Below, piece after piece: positions 47,495 to 56,899 of a stretch of DNA of 64,000 bases. The notes beneath the pieces are model-generated. The model made no database searches and was not told the DNA's origin. It saw nothing but the letters and a program-made list of their open reading frames with translations. Position 1 is the stretch's first letter, and each line of letters opens with the position of its first letter. Origin of the DNA: an uncultured Planctomycetia bacterium (lineage in GTDB: Bacteria > Omnitrophota > Gorgyraeia > VGKH01 > JBHPFN01); assembly GCA_964406665.1 (NCBI GenBank), contig CAYOSQ010000002.1, positions 182,219-246,218 on the forward strand. Direction: 5' to 3'. The translations under genes and the position numbers were made by a program.

Positions 47495-48925
47495 TTACCT
47501 CATAATTCTCAGTATTTTAAAAGCAACCCTTTTGCCGCTGAGAGCGGCATTAGAAATCCCGCCTTGACCAAAGGCATATGTAAGCCAATGACCGCACAGA
47601 AATAAACCATCAATTTCGGTTTTGTTAGTAACTAATTTAAAGTTTGCTTTGTTTGCCTGGCTAGGAAATGCTGCCCATCCATAAGCAGAGCCATTGAAGT
47701 TTAGGGTGTGTCTAAAAAGATCATAAGGAGTAGCAATTATTTTTAAAGAAATATGTCTAGATAAATTCTCGATTATCTCTTCTGCTCTTTTTATTAAATT
47801 GTGGCTAATTTCATGTTTGTTGTTCTCCCAAAAACTTTCATTCTTAAACGGTGCCATCATCAGGATATGCATGCTTTTTAAGGTAGATCTAGAAACATTG
47901 AATTCTGACAAAGAGCACAAAAGATTATTGCCGGAAAAATTAATGCTCTCTGGATTATTATCCTGCAAATACACGTTATTCATATCAGAAGTTGGATACC
48001 ACAAAGCAGTACATTTTTTCAAACCTAATTCACTAAAAGTATTTTTTAATCCGAGATAAACAAGAAATATCGAAGGCGTAGAAACAAGACTATTAAGTTT
48101 GTTGATATAATTTTTTGCTAAATAATCCTCGCCTATCAAGCTAAAAAAAGTTTGCCGTAAATCACAATTGGAAACAATAAATTTTGACTCCACAAGTTGC
48201 TCATCTATCCTAATCCCCTTAACCTTGTTGTTTGAAATCTTTATTTTGTTAACCTTGCTGGAAAACAAAATGCTGCCCCCAAATTCTTTTAGTTTTTTAG
48301 CCAAGGCCTGGGGAAAAGAAATCATACCTTCTTTTGGATAATAACCACCATTAATTATAAAATCTCGATAGAGAACAACGGCAACCAAAGCAGAAATTGC
48401 CTTCGAAGAAACACCTAAATTACCCAACGGTATGTTTAGGAGATATTTTATTTTCTTATCAGCGAAATATTCATTTAAAAATTCCAAAAAAGTCTTATGT
48501 CTTAACTCATAATAAAGTTGACTATTGCGAGTATTTGTAATAAACATAAAGAAATTTTCAATATTATTTGCTTCCTTGGGAAACGAGCTCTGTAATCCAT
48601 GAATTGTTTTCTTAAGATCATTCCAAAAACAAATCTCATAGTCATGCGTAACTATAATATCTGAAGGATCGATTCTCGTAAATTCAATATCCAAGCTTAA
48701 TTCTTCTACTACATTTCTTAATCTTCCTCCTTTATACATTTCTCCCAAAGAATGTGGCCCTGCATCAAACCTATAGCCATCCCTTTCAAAAGAACTACAG
48801 TATCCTCCAGGCTTATCATTTTTCTCTACTATTAAAACTTTTTTTCCGGCTTTAGCAAGATAGCAACCACAAACAAGCCCACCAATTCCTGCTCCAATTA
48901 TTACAACATCATATTTCTCGCTCAT
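47495..48925 (-). CDS. FAD/NAD(P)-dependent oxidoreductase of the phytoene-desaturase/amine-oxidase (CrtI-like) family.
   Basis: YDVVIIGAGIGGLVCGCYLAKAGKKVLIVEKNDKPGG dinucleotide-binding fold; 476 aa. Confidence 0.75.
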   Translation of the reverse strand: MSEKYDVVIIGAGIGGLVCGCYLAKAGKKVLIVEKNDKPGGYCSSFERDGYRFDAGPHSLGEMYKGGRLRNVVEELSLDIEFTRIDPSDIIVTHDYEICFWNDLKKTIHGLQSSFPKEANNIENFFMFITNTRNSQLYYELRHKTFLEFLNEYFADKKIKYLLNIPLGNLGVSSKAISALVAVVLYRDFIINGGYYPKEGMISFPQALAKKLKEFGGSILFSSKVNKIKISNNKVKGIRIDEQLVESKFIVSNCDLRQTFFSLIGEDYLAKNYINKLNSLVSTPSIFLVYLGLKNTFSELGLKKCTALWYPTSDMNNVYLQDNNPESINFSGNNLLCSLSEFNVSRSTLKSMHILMMAPFKNESFWENNKHEISHNLIKRAEEIIENLSRHISLKIIATPYDLFRHTLNFNGSAYGWAAFPSQANKANFKLVTNKTEIDGLFLCGHWLTYAFGQGGISNAALSGKRVAFKILRIMR

Positions 48926-49521
48926 CTTATATGTCTCACTGTCTCTGATAAAGGTTTCCTTATAGAACGCTTGCCTTCTTCAATGCGATAACCAAAGGTC
49001 AAGACTGCAATTAGCTCATCAGTAGTATCAAGAAGTTCGTTTATTTCTTTTTGACAAAATAATGGAGTATCCAACCAACAAGAACCAACGCCAAGTGCTT
49101 CTGCAGCAAGTATCATGTTTTGAATTGCAGCAGAAATTGCAGAAAGTTGAGCAGTCTTAATTATTTTAGAAAATTTAGAATAAATTACTTTAAATTTATG
49201 TTTTATTTCTTCCAAATCTCTAGAATTATAAACTAGAATTATAATGGGAGCACCTTTAATTATATTTGATGCTGAATGCAACATGATATTAACACCAGTG
49301 GTTGATTTTTTAGATTCTTTTAGGATTAAATTAGCAATTCTTGCAATTGAATTTTTATTCGAAATAACAATAAATCTCCAAGGTTGAATTTGCAGAAAAC
49401 TGGGGACAGAAGGCCCCCAAGTTCCTGCTTCGACAATCTTATCTATTATTTCACTTGAAATTGGTTTTTCTTTATATCTTCTTATCGTTTTTCTTTGTTT
49501 TATTAATTCTAGAACATCCAT
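48922..49521 (-). CDS. Nitroreductase-family flavoprotein.
   Basis: LELIKQRKTIRRY...QPWRFIVI nitroreductase motifs. Confidence 0.8.
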   Translation of the reverse strand: MDVLELIKQRKTIRRYKEKPISSEIIDKIVEAGTWGPSVPSFLQIQPWRFIVISNKNSIARIANLILKESKKSTTGVNIMLHSASNIIKGAPIIILVYNSRDLEEIKHKFKVIYSKFSKIIKTAQLSAISAAIQNMILAAEALGVGSCWLDTPLFCQKEINELLDTTDELIAVLTFGYRIEEGKRSIRKPLSETVRHIR

Positions 49522-49539
49522 ACTTCTTTTACCTCTTTC

Positions 49540-50658
49540 TTAATAGACAGGTCTAGTAGCTTTCCTTGGATTATCTTTTCTAATAAACCCAGATTTGATG
49601 CAATATTCAAAAGCTCGACTAAGATTATTTTTATCGATCGCTGGATATCGAAATCTGTATACTTTAAGCATATCAGCCGTCCTCTTGGCAACAAAATTTG
49701 CCTTATAGTTAAAATACGGAATATGAGGCTCACAGAAGGCACTTTGGATTGCTGTGAGCTCTAAGAAATCAAAATCTTCTTTTGGGATAAACTCAGGCAT
49801 CTTGAAACTAAAATAATCGCTGGCAAGTTTCATAAAAAAACTTAAATTAGTATTTTTTTGGCTGATAATATGAAAAACTCGGCTTCCCTTCTCTTCTGAA
49901 AGTACAATTATAGCTTTTGCAACAGTATCAATATTAATCAAGTTCTGTCCGCAATCTAAATTCGCCGGATATTTATCAAAAATCTCATTAGTAAAATAGC
50001 GTAAAGGTTGATAGACTAATCTGAAACTATTTGTCTTTCCTGTCTTTGAATCACCCATAATCATGCTCGGACGAAAAACTGAGACATTTAGACCTTTTTC
50101 CAGATATTCTTTAACCAACAATTCTGCTTCAAATTTACTCTGTTCATACGTATTGTTAAACCCTTGACCCACATCCAACATAGTCTCATCAAAATCAATT
50201 ACCTTAGTCCCAACTACATACATTGTGCTTATATGATTAACTTTCTTTAACCGTCCTTTCTTTTGACATTCAGCTGCAAAATCTAAAACATTGCGCGTAC
50301 CTTCAACATTTATTTTACGTATCTTTTCAATAGGAACTTTTAATTCAGCTAATGCAGCACTGTGTATAATAATATCAGATTCGAAAAGAAGAAGCTCTTT
50401 GTCTTTCGGGTTAATACCTAAACCAGGTAAAGCAATATCTCCTTCGATTACTTTTAGATTAGAAGCAATGAAATCAGAATCCCACTGTTCATCATATACA
50501 AACCTTAAAGCCTCATCAACTCTCTGATTGGCAGTTTTTCCATCCTTCTGTCGCGCTAGAGCAAAAATTTTGTATCCTTTTTCAAACAATTCTTTAACCA
50601 AAAAACTGCCCAAAAATCCTGTTGCGCCAGTTATAAATACATTTTTCTTAGCTTTCAT
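49540..50658 (-). CDS. SDR-family NAD(P)-dependent reductase of the thioester-reductase / fatty-acyl reductase (NAD_binding_4) type.
   Basis: VFITGATGFLGSFLVKEL Rossmann motif and the Y..SK catalytic pair (NTYEQSKFEAE). Length 372 aa, typical of TE-reductase domains. Confidence 0.65.
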   Translation of the reverse strand: MKAKKNVFITGATGFLGSFLVKELFEKGYKIFALARQKDGKTANQRVDEALRFVYDEQWDSDFIASNLKVIEGDIALPGLGINPKDKELLLFESDIIIHSAALAELKVPIEKIRKINVEGTRNVLDFAAECQKKGRLKKVNHISTMYVVGTKVIDFDETMLDVGQGFNNTYEQSKFEAELLVKEYLEKGLNVSVFRPSMIMGDSKTGKTNSFRLVYQPLRYFTNEIFDKYPANLDCGQNLINIDTVAKAIIVLSEEKGSRVFHIISQKNTNLSFFMKLASDYFSFKMPEFIPKEDFDFLELTAIQSAFCEPHIPYFNYKANFVAKRTADMLKVYRFRYPAIDKNNLSRAFEYCIKSGFIRKDNPRKATRPVY

Positions 50659-52267
50659 ATGCCCTTACAAGAAGTTCAATAATTAATTTCGTCCCTACCC
50701 CTACTTTACTTTCTAACCTTATATTACCACTATGTTCCTTAATAATATTATATACTATTGACAAACCTAATCCAGTACCTTGTTCTTTTTTTGAATAGAA
50801 CGGTTCAAAGATGCGAGGAAGGTCTTTCTTCTGTATCCCGCACCCAGTATCTTTAATTGAAATCACAGTAAATTGAGAATTAATGTCGCTATTTGAGGTG
50901 CTAACTGTAAGCATACCCTCATCAGGCATAGCATCAATTGCATTTAGAAATATATTCAGGAATGCTTGCTTCAGCTGATTCGAATCTGCCTGTATGTTAA
51001 AATGAGTTGCGCTATATTCCTTCACTAGGTTTATTTTGTGTTTTACTAGCTCATTGCTTAAGAAATTTAAAGTTTCATTCAAGACAACATGAACATCTAC
51101 AACCTGCAACTTCAAAGGTTTTGGTTTAGCAAAATTTAAAAGCTGATGGACCAAGGAATCAATCCGCTCAACCTCAATCCCAACAATCTTAGAGAATTTG
51201 TTTAAAAATTCAGGATCGCTTTTTTTCTCTGGTAAATGTTCTGCAAAGGTTTTTATAGCAGTTAACGGGTTCTTTATTTCGTGTGCCATACCAGATGCAA
51301 ATGTTGCTACTGCTTTTAAGCGTTCGGATCGCTCAATTTCTTTTTCGAAAAGCTGCTTTTCTTCGCTCAAACTCTCCAAAGTGCCTTTAAAAAACTTCTT
51401 ATCCAAAAAATGCTGAATTTTATCCCTTAAAGGATTAAAAACTAAGCCGATTGAGAATACTGCAAGTAGGTTAACAGCAAAAGACTGATATCCAACTAAA
51501 CCCTGAAATAACCTACTAACACTAATAACAAATATTAGATATCCAGCAGTTATAATGGCTGCCAAAACAGAATAGACCAAGCCTTTCTTGATAACAATCT
51601 CAATATCCATAAGATGATGCTTAAGAATTGCGTAAGCAACTATCCCAAGATATGACCCAACTAATATCCATCCAAATGGATATATTTCTATTCCATAATT
51701 AGCAACAAAATCAACAGAGCTCAATGTTAAAATAAAACAAGCAACTATTACATAGCGTATCTGAAATCTTCTTACTAAGGAAATTTTCTCCTTTAAGTAA
51801 TGATTAATCAAAAAAGCAATCAATAAAATAACTAACAAAGCAGTGAAAAATAATAAAAGCGGATGCAGAAGACCCGCCTTAGGATAATGTCCCCAAAAAT
51901 AAACATAAACACCGTCAATGATAAAATCACTTTTCAAAATTAAAACCACTAATAAAATCCAAACAGCATGCATTGTATAAACGAATTTACGATAAGAACT
52001 TATGTTTAAAAATGCCAAAACAAAATCAAAGGCAGCTAAAGGCACGCTTACTATGCCGACATATGCTAATCTTAAGAAAAATTCAGCATTGCTTTTATCG
52101 TTAAAATTATATGCAATCGAAGTAAATAATAGCCAAATAAAAATTGATAGACTCATTAAAAAGAAGTTCTTATTTACTACGCTCTTTCTATCCCTTATAT
52201 AGGTAAAAATACCTAGTAAGAAAATTAGAGCGGTCATAATAAAAGTTGGAATAGAATAAATGCTCAT
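50648..52267 (-). CDS. Sensor histidine kinase with multi-TM sensor (paralog 3).
   Basis: N-terminal 7TM-like module, HisKA SHEIKNPLTAIKTF, HATPase DTGCGI...GTGLGLSI. Confidence 0.85.
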   Translation of the reverse strand: MSIYSIPTFIMTALIFLLGIFTYIRDRKSVVNKNFFLMSLSIFIWLLFTSIAYNFNDKSNAEFFLRLAYVGIVSVPLAAFDFVLAFLNISSYRKFVYTMHAVWILLVVLILKSDFIIDGVYVYFWGHYPKAGLLHPLLLFFTALLVILLIAFLINHYLKEKISLVRRFQIRYVIVACFILTLSSVDFVANYGIEIYPFGWILVGSYLGIVAYAILKHHLMDIEIVIKKGLVYSVLAAIITAGYLIFVISVSRLFQGLVGYQSFAVNLLAVFSIGLVFNPLRDKIQHFLDKKFFKGTLESLSEEKQLFEKEIERSERLKAVATFASGMAHEIKNPLTAIKTFAEHLPEKKSDPEFLNKFSKIVGIEVERIDSLVHQLLNFAKPKPLKLQVVDVHVVLNETLNFLSNELVKHKINLVKEYSATHFNIQADSNQLKQAFLNIFLNAIDAMPDEGMLTVSTSNSDINSQFTVISIKDTGCGIQKKDLPRIFEPFYSKKEQGTGLGLSIVYNIIKEHSGNIRLESKVGVGTKLIIELLVRAYES

Positions 52268-52268
52268 T

Positions 52269-53906
52269 TTAATATCTTTGTTCTTGCTTCGCTGTTGGTA
52301 AGTTGATTAAAAACCTCGTCCCTTTACCAACCTCACTGTCGACAGATAATGTACCCTTATGATTATCAATTATTTCTTTGATTATCACCAGACCAAGCCC
52401 TATCCCTTCTTTTTTTGTAGTGAAGAATGGAGTGAAGAGTTTTTTTTGGTCTTCAACGGAAATACCGCTGCCAGTATCTTTTACGCTAATATTTACGAAT
52501 TTGTCTTCTCGCGAATCAACGCTAATTGACAGCACGCCACCGTCATCCATAGCCTGAACAGAATTTAGGAATAAATTTAAAAATACCTGGCGGAGCTGTT
52601 CGTCATCGCCTTCAACTATTGCCTCATTGACTGAGTAGTCTTTTTTTAAGTTTATTTTCTTCAATTTTAGATTCTCTTCTAAAAGAGAAAGAGTGGCATC
52701 GATTGTATTGATAATGTTTACTTTACCTAAAGATGGATGCGCAGGTTTAGCAAGGCTTAAAAGCTGATTTACTACATTGTCAATTCTGCCTAACTCTTTA
52801 GGAATAAGTTTTTGGAACTTATCTTTATATTCCGGATCATTGGCTTTTTCCGGGAAGTATTCTACAAAAGTCTTTATTGCGGTTAGAGGATTCCTGATCT
52901 CATGAACAACGGAGCTGGCTAAGGTGCCCATATAGGCTAATTTTTCTTTTTGAAAAAGCTGCTCTCTTAAGCGCTCTCTTTCTTGGACTAAGGTTTCAAG
53001 CGTACCTTTAAAAAACTTCTTATCCAAAAAATGCTGGATCCTATCCCTTAAGGGATTAAAAGTTAAAGCAATAGCAAATACTGCAAGAAGATTAACTGCG
53101 AAAGATTGATAACCAACTAAACCCTGAAATAACTTACCAATACCAATGACAAAAATCAAATAACAAGCAGTAATAATAGCTGCTAACACAGAATAAACCA
53201 AACCTTTTTTAATGACAAACTCAATATCCATAAGATGGTGACGAATTATTGCATATCCAATAATTAATGGATATAAGGCAAGTGCAAAATTGGAAAAAGG
53301 ATAAACGTTAAAACCAAAATTAAGCAAAAACATTCCATGTGGCCCCAACCATGCAACTAATGTGCCAAGGATAAAGTATTTTAATTGATTTCGTTTTTCC
53401 CCCGTGGAACTCTTAAAGTGGCCTAATAATAACAAGAATGAGTACAAGAGCAAAAACCAATAAAAGCTTATGTAGAAAAATAAATATATTGGATTTTTAT
53501 TGCTAGGCCAATCATGCCAATAGAATTGATTGAATACCCATCTCCCCTCACCCAAAAAGTAATCGCTGGCAAAAAAAACTAAAAACAAAAATAAGCCTGA
53601 AAAAAGATAAGCGGCAATAAGTAAATATTTTTTCCTTAGCTTAAGAAGCTCTAAGGTAAAATGAAAGAATATTGCCGGACCGAGCACAACGCCAATATTA
53701 GCTATCCGAAACCAAGAAAGAAAGACTTCTCTCGATAAGGTAGTTGAATACTTATATGATCCTATTCCCCACGCTGTTGCTACCACACAAAGACTTATCC
53801 AGATAATACTAATTTTTCTATTTTTTCCTTTTTGAGATACAAGTATTGCTATCGCAAGATTTGAAACTATCACCAATATTGACGAAAAAGCAAATATGTT
53901 CATCAT
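52269..53906 (-). CDS. Sensor histidine kinase with multi-TM sensor (paralog 4).
   Basis: AWGIGSYKYSTTLSREVFLSWFRIANI N-terminal module; HisKA VHEIRNPLTAIKTF; HATPase. Confidence 0.85.
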   Translation of the reverse strand: MMNIFAFSSILVIVSNLAIAILVSQKGKNRKISIIWISLCVVATAWGIGSYKYSTTLSREVFLSWFRIANIGVVLGPAIFFHFTLELLKLRKKYLLIAAYLFSGLFLFLVFFASDYFLGEGRWVFNQFYWHDWPSNKNPIYLFFYISFYWFLLLYSFLLLLGHFKSSTGEKRNQLKYFILGTLVAWLGPHGMFLLNFGFNVYPFSNFALALYPLIIGYAIIRHHLMDIEFVIKKGLVYSVLAAIITACYLIFVIGIGKLFQGLVGYQSFAVNLLAVFAIALTFNPLRDRIQHFLDKKFFKGTLETLVQERERLREQLFQKEKLAYMGTLASSVVHEIRNPLTAIKTFVEYFPEKANDPEYKDKFQKLIPKELGRIDNVVNQLLSLAKPAHPSLGKVNIINTIDATLSLLEENLKLKKINLKKDYSVNEAIVEGDDEQLRQVFLNLFLNSVQAMDDGGVLSISVDSREDKFVNISVKDTGSGISVEDQKKLFTPFFTTKKEGIGLGLVIIKEIIDNHKGTLSVDSEVGKGTRFLINLPTAKQEQRY

Positions 53907-53964
53907 AAGCTACTTTTTAAATATTCATTCGAGTAAATTCGTATTTGATTCTTATATATTTGCA

Positions 53965-55203
53965 TTAATCATATTTTCTCAATACCAAACATGCATTATT
54001 TCCCCCAAACGCGCTTGAATTATTCATTGCAACATTTACATTTTTTTTCCTTGCCTTATTTGGAACACAATCTATATCACAGTCAGAATCCGGTGTTTCA
54101 TAATTAATTGTAGGTGGGATTATCCCTTTCTTTATTGTAAGACAGCAGACAATTGCTTCAATCGCTGAAGCTGCTCCCATGGTATGACCCAACATTGATT
54201 TAATTGAACTAATGGGAATATCTTTGTAGTTCCCGCCGAAAGCTTTTTTTATTGCTGCGCATTCTGCCTTATCATTCTGAATTGTTCCTGTACCGTGAGC
54301 ACAAATATAATCAACTTCTTCAGGTATAGCCTCAGACTGGGTTAGCGCATTTTTAAAACATTTTGTTATGCCAAATGTAGTTGGCGCTGTCATGTGGTAG
54401 GCATCACAAGATAAGCCACAACCTAAAACCTCAGCATAAATTTCAGCTTTTCTTTCTAAGGCGCTGTCTAATGACTCTAAAATAACAATTCCTGAACCTT
54501 CCCCTGCTAACATTCCCTGCCTATTCTTATCAAAAGGTTGACATTTTTCTGGCGCCATAGCAAAAATTCTGCTGAAACCAGCCATATTAATTCGTGAAAA
54601 AGCATCTGCACCTCCTGCAATTACCATATCAACCTCGTTGACTTTGATTAAATCACTAGCAAAAGAAATGGAATGATTACCTGCTGAACACGCGTTAGGA
54701 AAAAGATAATTACACCCTTCAGATTTTAAATCAAAAGAGATATTTGAAGAGATAGCATTTGAAGGATATTTTGTAATTAATTCTGAATCGATGCCGTTTT
54801 CCCCTTTTTGAAGCCAAAGCTGATCAATTAACTCCATTGTTTGAGCTTCCCCCATCGTTGTTCCTAAACACACACCAACTCTCTCCTTATCAACGCCAAC
54901 AATATCAATCTTAGCATCTTCAAGGGCTAATTTTGATGCAGCTATAGCTAGTTGAGAGGCACGCCCCAAAACCTTTAATTTTCTCCTATCAATAAATTTT
55001 TCAGGAGAGAAATTTTTAATCTCCCCGCCGTAATGACGATCATATTGAGAGGTATCGAAAGATTCTATCTTGCTTATGCCAGACTTACCATTAATGCAAT
55101 TCTTCCAGAATTCCTGCCAGCCAATTCCTATAGAGGAAACAACGCCCAACCCTGTTATAACAACGCGCCTGTTTTTGTTCATTTTATTTAACATTATTGT
55201 CAA
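53965..55203 (-). CDS. Beta-ketoacyl-ACP synthase (KAS I/II family); a second copy, distinct from fabF.
   Basis: RRVVITGLGVVSSIGIG, active-site Cys (NACSAG) and His (CAHGTGT) motifs. Confidence 0.8.
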   Translation of the reverse strand: MTIMLNKMNKNRRVVITGLGVVSSIGIGWQEFWKNCINGKSGISKIESFDTSQYDRHYGGEIKNFSPEKFIDRRKLKVLGRASQLAIAASKLALEDAKIDIVGVDKERVGVCLGTTMGEAQTMELIDQLWLQKGENGIDSELITKYPSNAISSNISFDLKSEGCNYLFPNACSAGNHSISFASDLIKVNEVDMVIAGGADAFSRINMAGFSRIFAMAPEKCQPFDKNRQGMLAGEGSGIVILESLDSALERKAEIYAEVLGCGLSCDAYHMTAPTTFGITKCFKNALTQSEAIPEEVDYICAHGTGTIQNDKAECAAIKKAFGGNYKDIPISSIKSMLGHTMGAASAIEAIVCCLTIKKGIIPPTINYETPDSDCDIDCVPNKARKKNVNVAMNNSSAFGGNNACLVLRKYD

Positions 55204-55208
55204 CAGTC

Positions 55209-55220
55209 AACTGTCGACAG
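55209..55220. promoter_or_regulatory. Perfect 12-bp palindrome ACTGTCGACAGT in the 27-bp gap immediately 5' of the ketosynthase start codon.
   Basis: Read directly. It is flanked by the related GTCAACAG half-repeat. Confidence 0.35.
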
Positions 55221-55230
55221 TCCACGGTTA

Positions 55231-55593
55231 TCATTTTCTCAAATAGTTCCTAAGCTTTTGTAACATTTTAATAATTATTTCAGCTTCTGAATATAAAGAT
55301 TTAAAATCTTGTTGATTAATAAGTTCTCTTCGTTTACCTAAATATAAACAAGAAACAACTTCAATAGCTGATCTAATTGCGTAACCGATGAATTGCTTAA
55401 ATTCAGCATTGCTTTGACCAGTTGAACCTTCGGCAATGTTCAATGCTATTGAATCAGCAGCTCTTTTTATCTGACTTGATAAAATATATAGCTCTTCTTT
55501 TGGAAATGTCTTTGTCAAACTATTGATACGAGCACTAAATTCAATAGCTTTCTGCCATACTTCTAACTTTTCAAATTTAAAGCCCATATTCAC
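55231..55593 (-). CDS. Four-helix-bundle protein (23S rRNA IVS protein / Avd-like family), second copy.
   Basis: KFEKLEVWQKAIEFSARINSLTKTFPKEELYILSSQIKRAADSIALNIAEG. Confidence 0.8.
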   Translation of the reverse strand: MNMGFKFEKLEVWQKAIEFSARINSLTKTFPKEELYILSSQIKRAADSIALNIAEGSTGQSNAEFKQFIGYAIRSAIEVVSCLYLGKRRELINQQDFKSLYSEAEIIIKMLQKLRNYLRK

Positions 55594-55621
55594 CTATCGA
55601 CCATGGACAATAGACCATGGA

Positions 55622-55846
55622 CTAACCCTTTCTCCGCTCTTGTCTTTTAGAGTTAAACTGCACCTTCTCAACAATCCATTTATCAATCAACTTCTTATGA
55701 AAACGCCAATCATATCCGATTTTAAAACCAGGGATCTTCCCTACCCGCACAAGCTTATACACTGTAGCAGGATGAATCTGCAAATACTCTGCGAGTTCTT
55801 TTATATCCATTATGTCTTTACTAGTGTTTTTTTCAGTCATTTTCAA
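55622..55846 (-). CDS. Small helix-turn-helix DNA-binding protein (excisionase/MerR-like HTH family).
   Basis: MDIKELAEYLQIHPATVYKLVRVGKIPGFKIGYDWRF matches the excisionase-family HTH pattern. Confidence 0.7.
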   Translation of the reverse strand: MKMTEKNTSKDIMDIKELAEYLQIHPATVYKLVRVGKIPGFKIGYDWRFHKKLIDKWIVEKVQFNSKRQERRKG

Positions 55847-55966
55847 CCTATGCTAAAGTGAGCCTAAATGAGTCATATTAAGCTTAACTATGTATTATTA
55901 ATATAAAATAACCAGGCTATTTTGTCAAGATTTTTTTTAATTAATTGGTTTTTTTAGGAATTTGTT

Positions 55967-56899
55967 CTAGGAAAGTGCTTCTATGTCTTGAGGTTTTTCA
56001 ATATTCATTACTTTTAAGGAAGAATCAATCCTACGTTGAAGCCCACGAAGAACTTTGTTTGGGCCAATCTCAAGATAGGAAACAATGCCCTCTTTAGCTA
56101 TGCGGCGAATAGAATCTTCCCAAAGGACTGATGAGCTAACTTGATCTTTTAGGTTGTTGCGGATTTGTTCAGCTTCGTTCTGAGACTTTGCAGTTACATT
56201 ACTTATTACAGGAACTTCAGGTACAGATATGTCGATTTTTGATAATTCTTGACCGAGCCTCTCTCCAGCTTCTTTCATCAGCGATGAATGAAAAGCCCCG
56301 CTTACCTGTAAATCAACGGCGTTTCTAGCACCTAGTTTTAAGGCTTCCTCTTTTGCTACATCAACTTTCTCTTTCTCACCGGTAATAACCACCTGTCCGG
56401 GGCAATTCAAATTAGCAATTTCTGCACCAGTTTGAGAACAGATATCTTTTAATTGATCTCTTTCAAGCCCGATGATTGCTGCCATCTTTCCGGGATTTTT
56501 TGCTGCAGCCTCTTCCATAAATTCTGCGCGCTTTCTAATCAATCTTACACCGTCTTCAAAACCGAATACGCCTGCTGCAATAAGTGCAGAATATTCACCC
56601 AAGCTTAACCCGGCAGTAAATACTGGTTTAATCTCAGATGTTTTTTTATTCTCTTCTAAAGCGCGCAAAGCGGCGATGCTATGGATTAAAATTGCAGGTT
56701 GACAGTTAATGGTAGATTTAAGATCTTCTTCTGGACCTTCGAAGATAATTTTTTTTATGTCAAACTTTAGTACGTCGTTTGCTTTATCAAAAACTTCTTT
56801 TGCAGCAGGTGAAGAACCATAGAGCTCTTTGCCCATACCAACGTACTGCGAACCTTGACCAGGGAATAAAAAAGCGGTTTTTTCTTGCATTGCTACCAT
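55967..56899 (-). CDS. fabD: Malonyl-CoA:ACP transacylase.
   Basis: AFLFPGQGSQYVGMG and GLSLGEYSAL active-site Ser motif. Confidence 0.9.
   Translation of the reverse strand: MVAMQEKTAFLFPGQGSQYVGMGKELYGSSPAAKEVFDKANDVLKFDIKKIIFEGPEEDLKSTINCQPAILIHSIAALRALEENKKTSEIKPVFTAGLSLGEYSALIAAGVFGFEDGVRLIRKRAEFMEEAAAKNPGKMAAIIGLERDQLKDICSQTGAEIANLNCPGQVVITGEKEKVDVAKEEALKLGARNAVDLQVSGAFHSSLMKEAGERLGQELSKIDISVPEVPVISNVTAKSQNEAEQIRNNLKDQVSSSVLWEDSIRRIAKEGIVSYLEIGPNKVLRGLQRRIDSSLKVMNIEKPQDIEALS

Noticed and set aside
44900-55593. Diversity-generating retroelement suggested by the Avd-like four-helix-bundle proteins
   Set aside because: There is no reverse transcriptase gene and no template/variable repeat pair anywhere in the window.
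44900-55593. 23S rRNA intervening sequence (the usual context of this protein family)
   Set aside because: There is no rRNA sequence in the window. Both copies are flanked by protein-coding genes.
23919-55966. Prophage or integrative element accounting for the 32-kb block
   Set aside because: There is no integrase, recombinase, phage structural or replication gene, and no tRNA at either junction. Only an excisionase-family HTH protein is present, which is insufficient on its own. It is therefore kept as an accessory-region observation.
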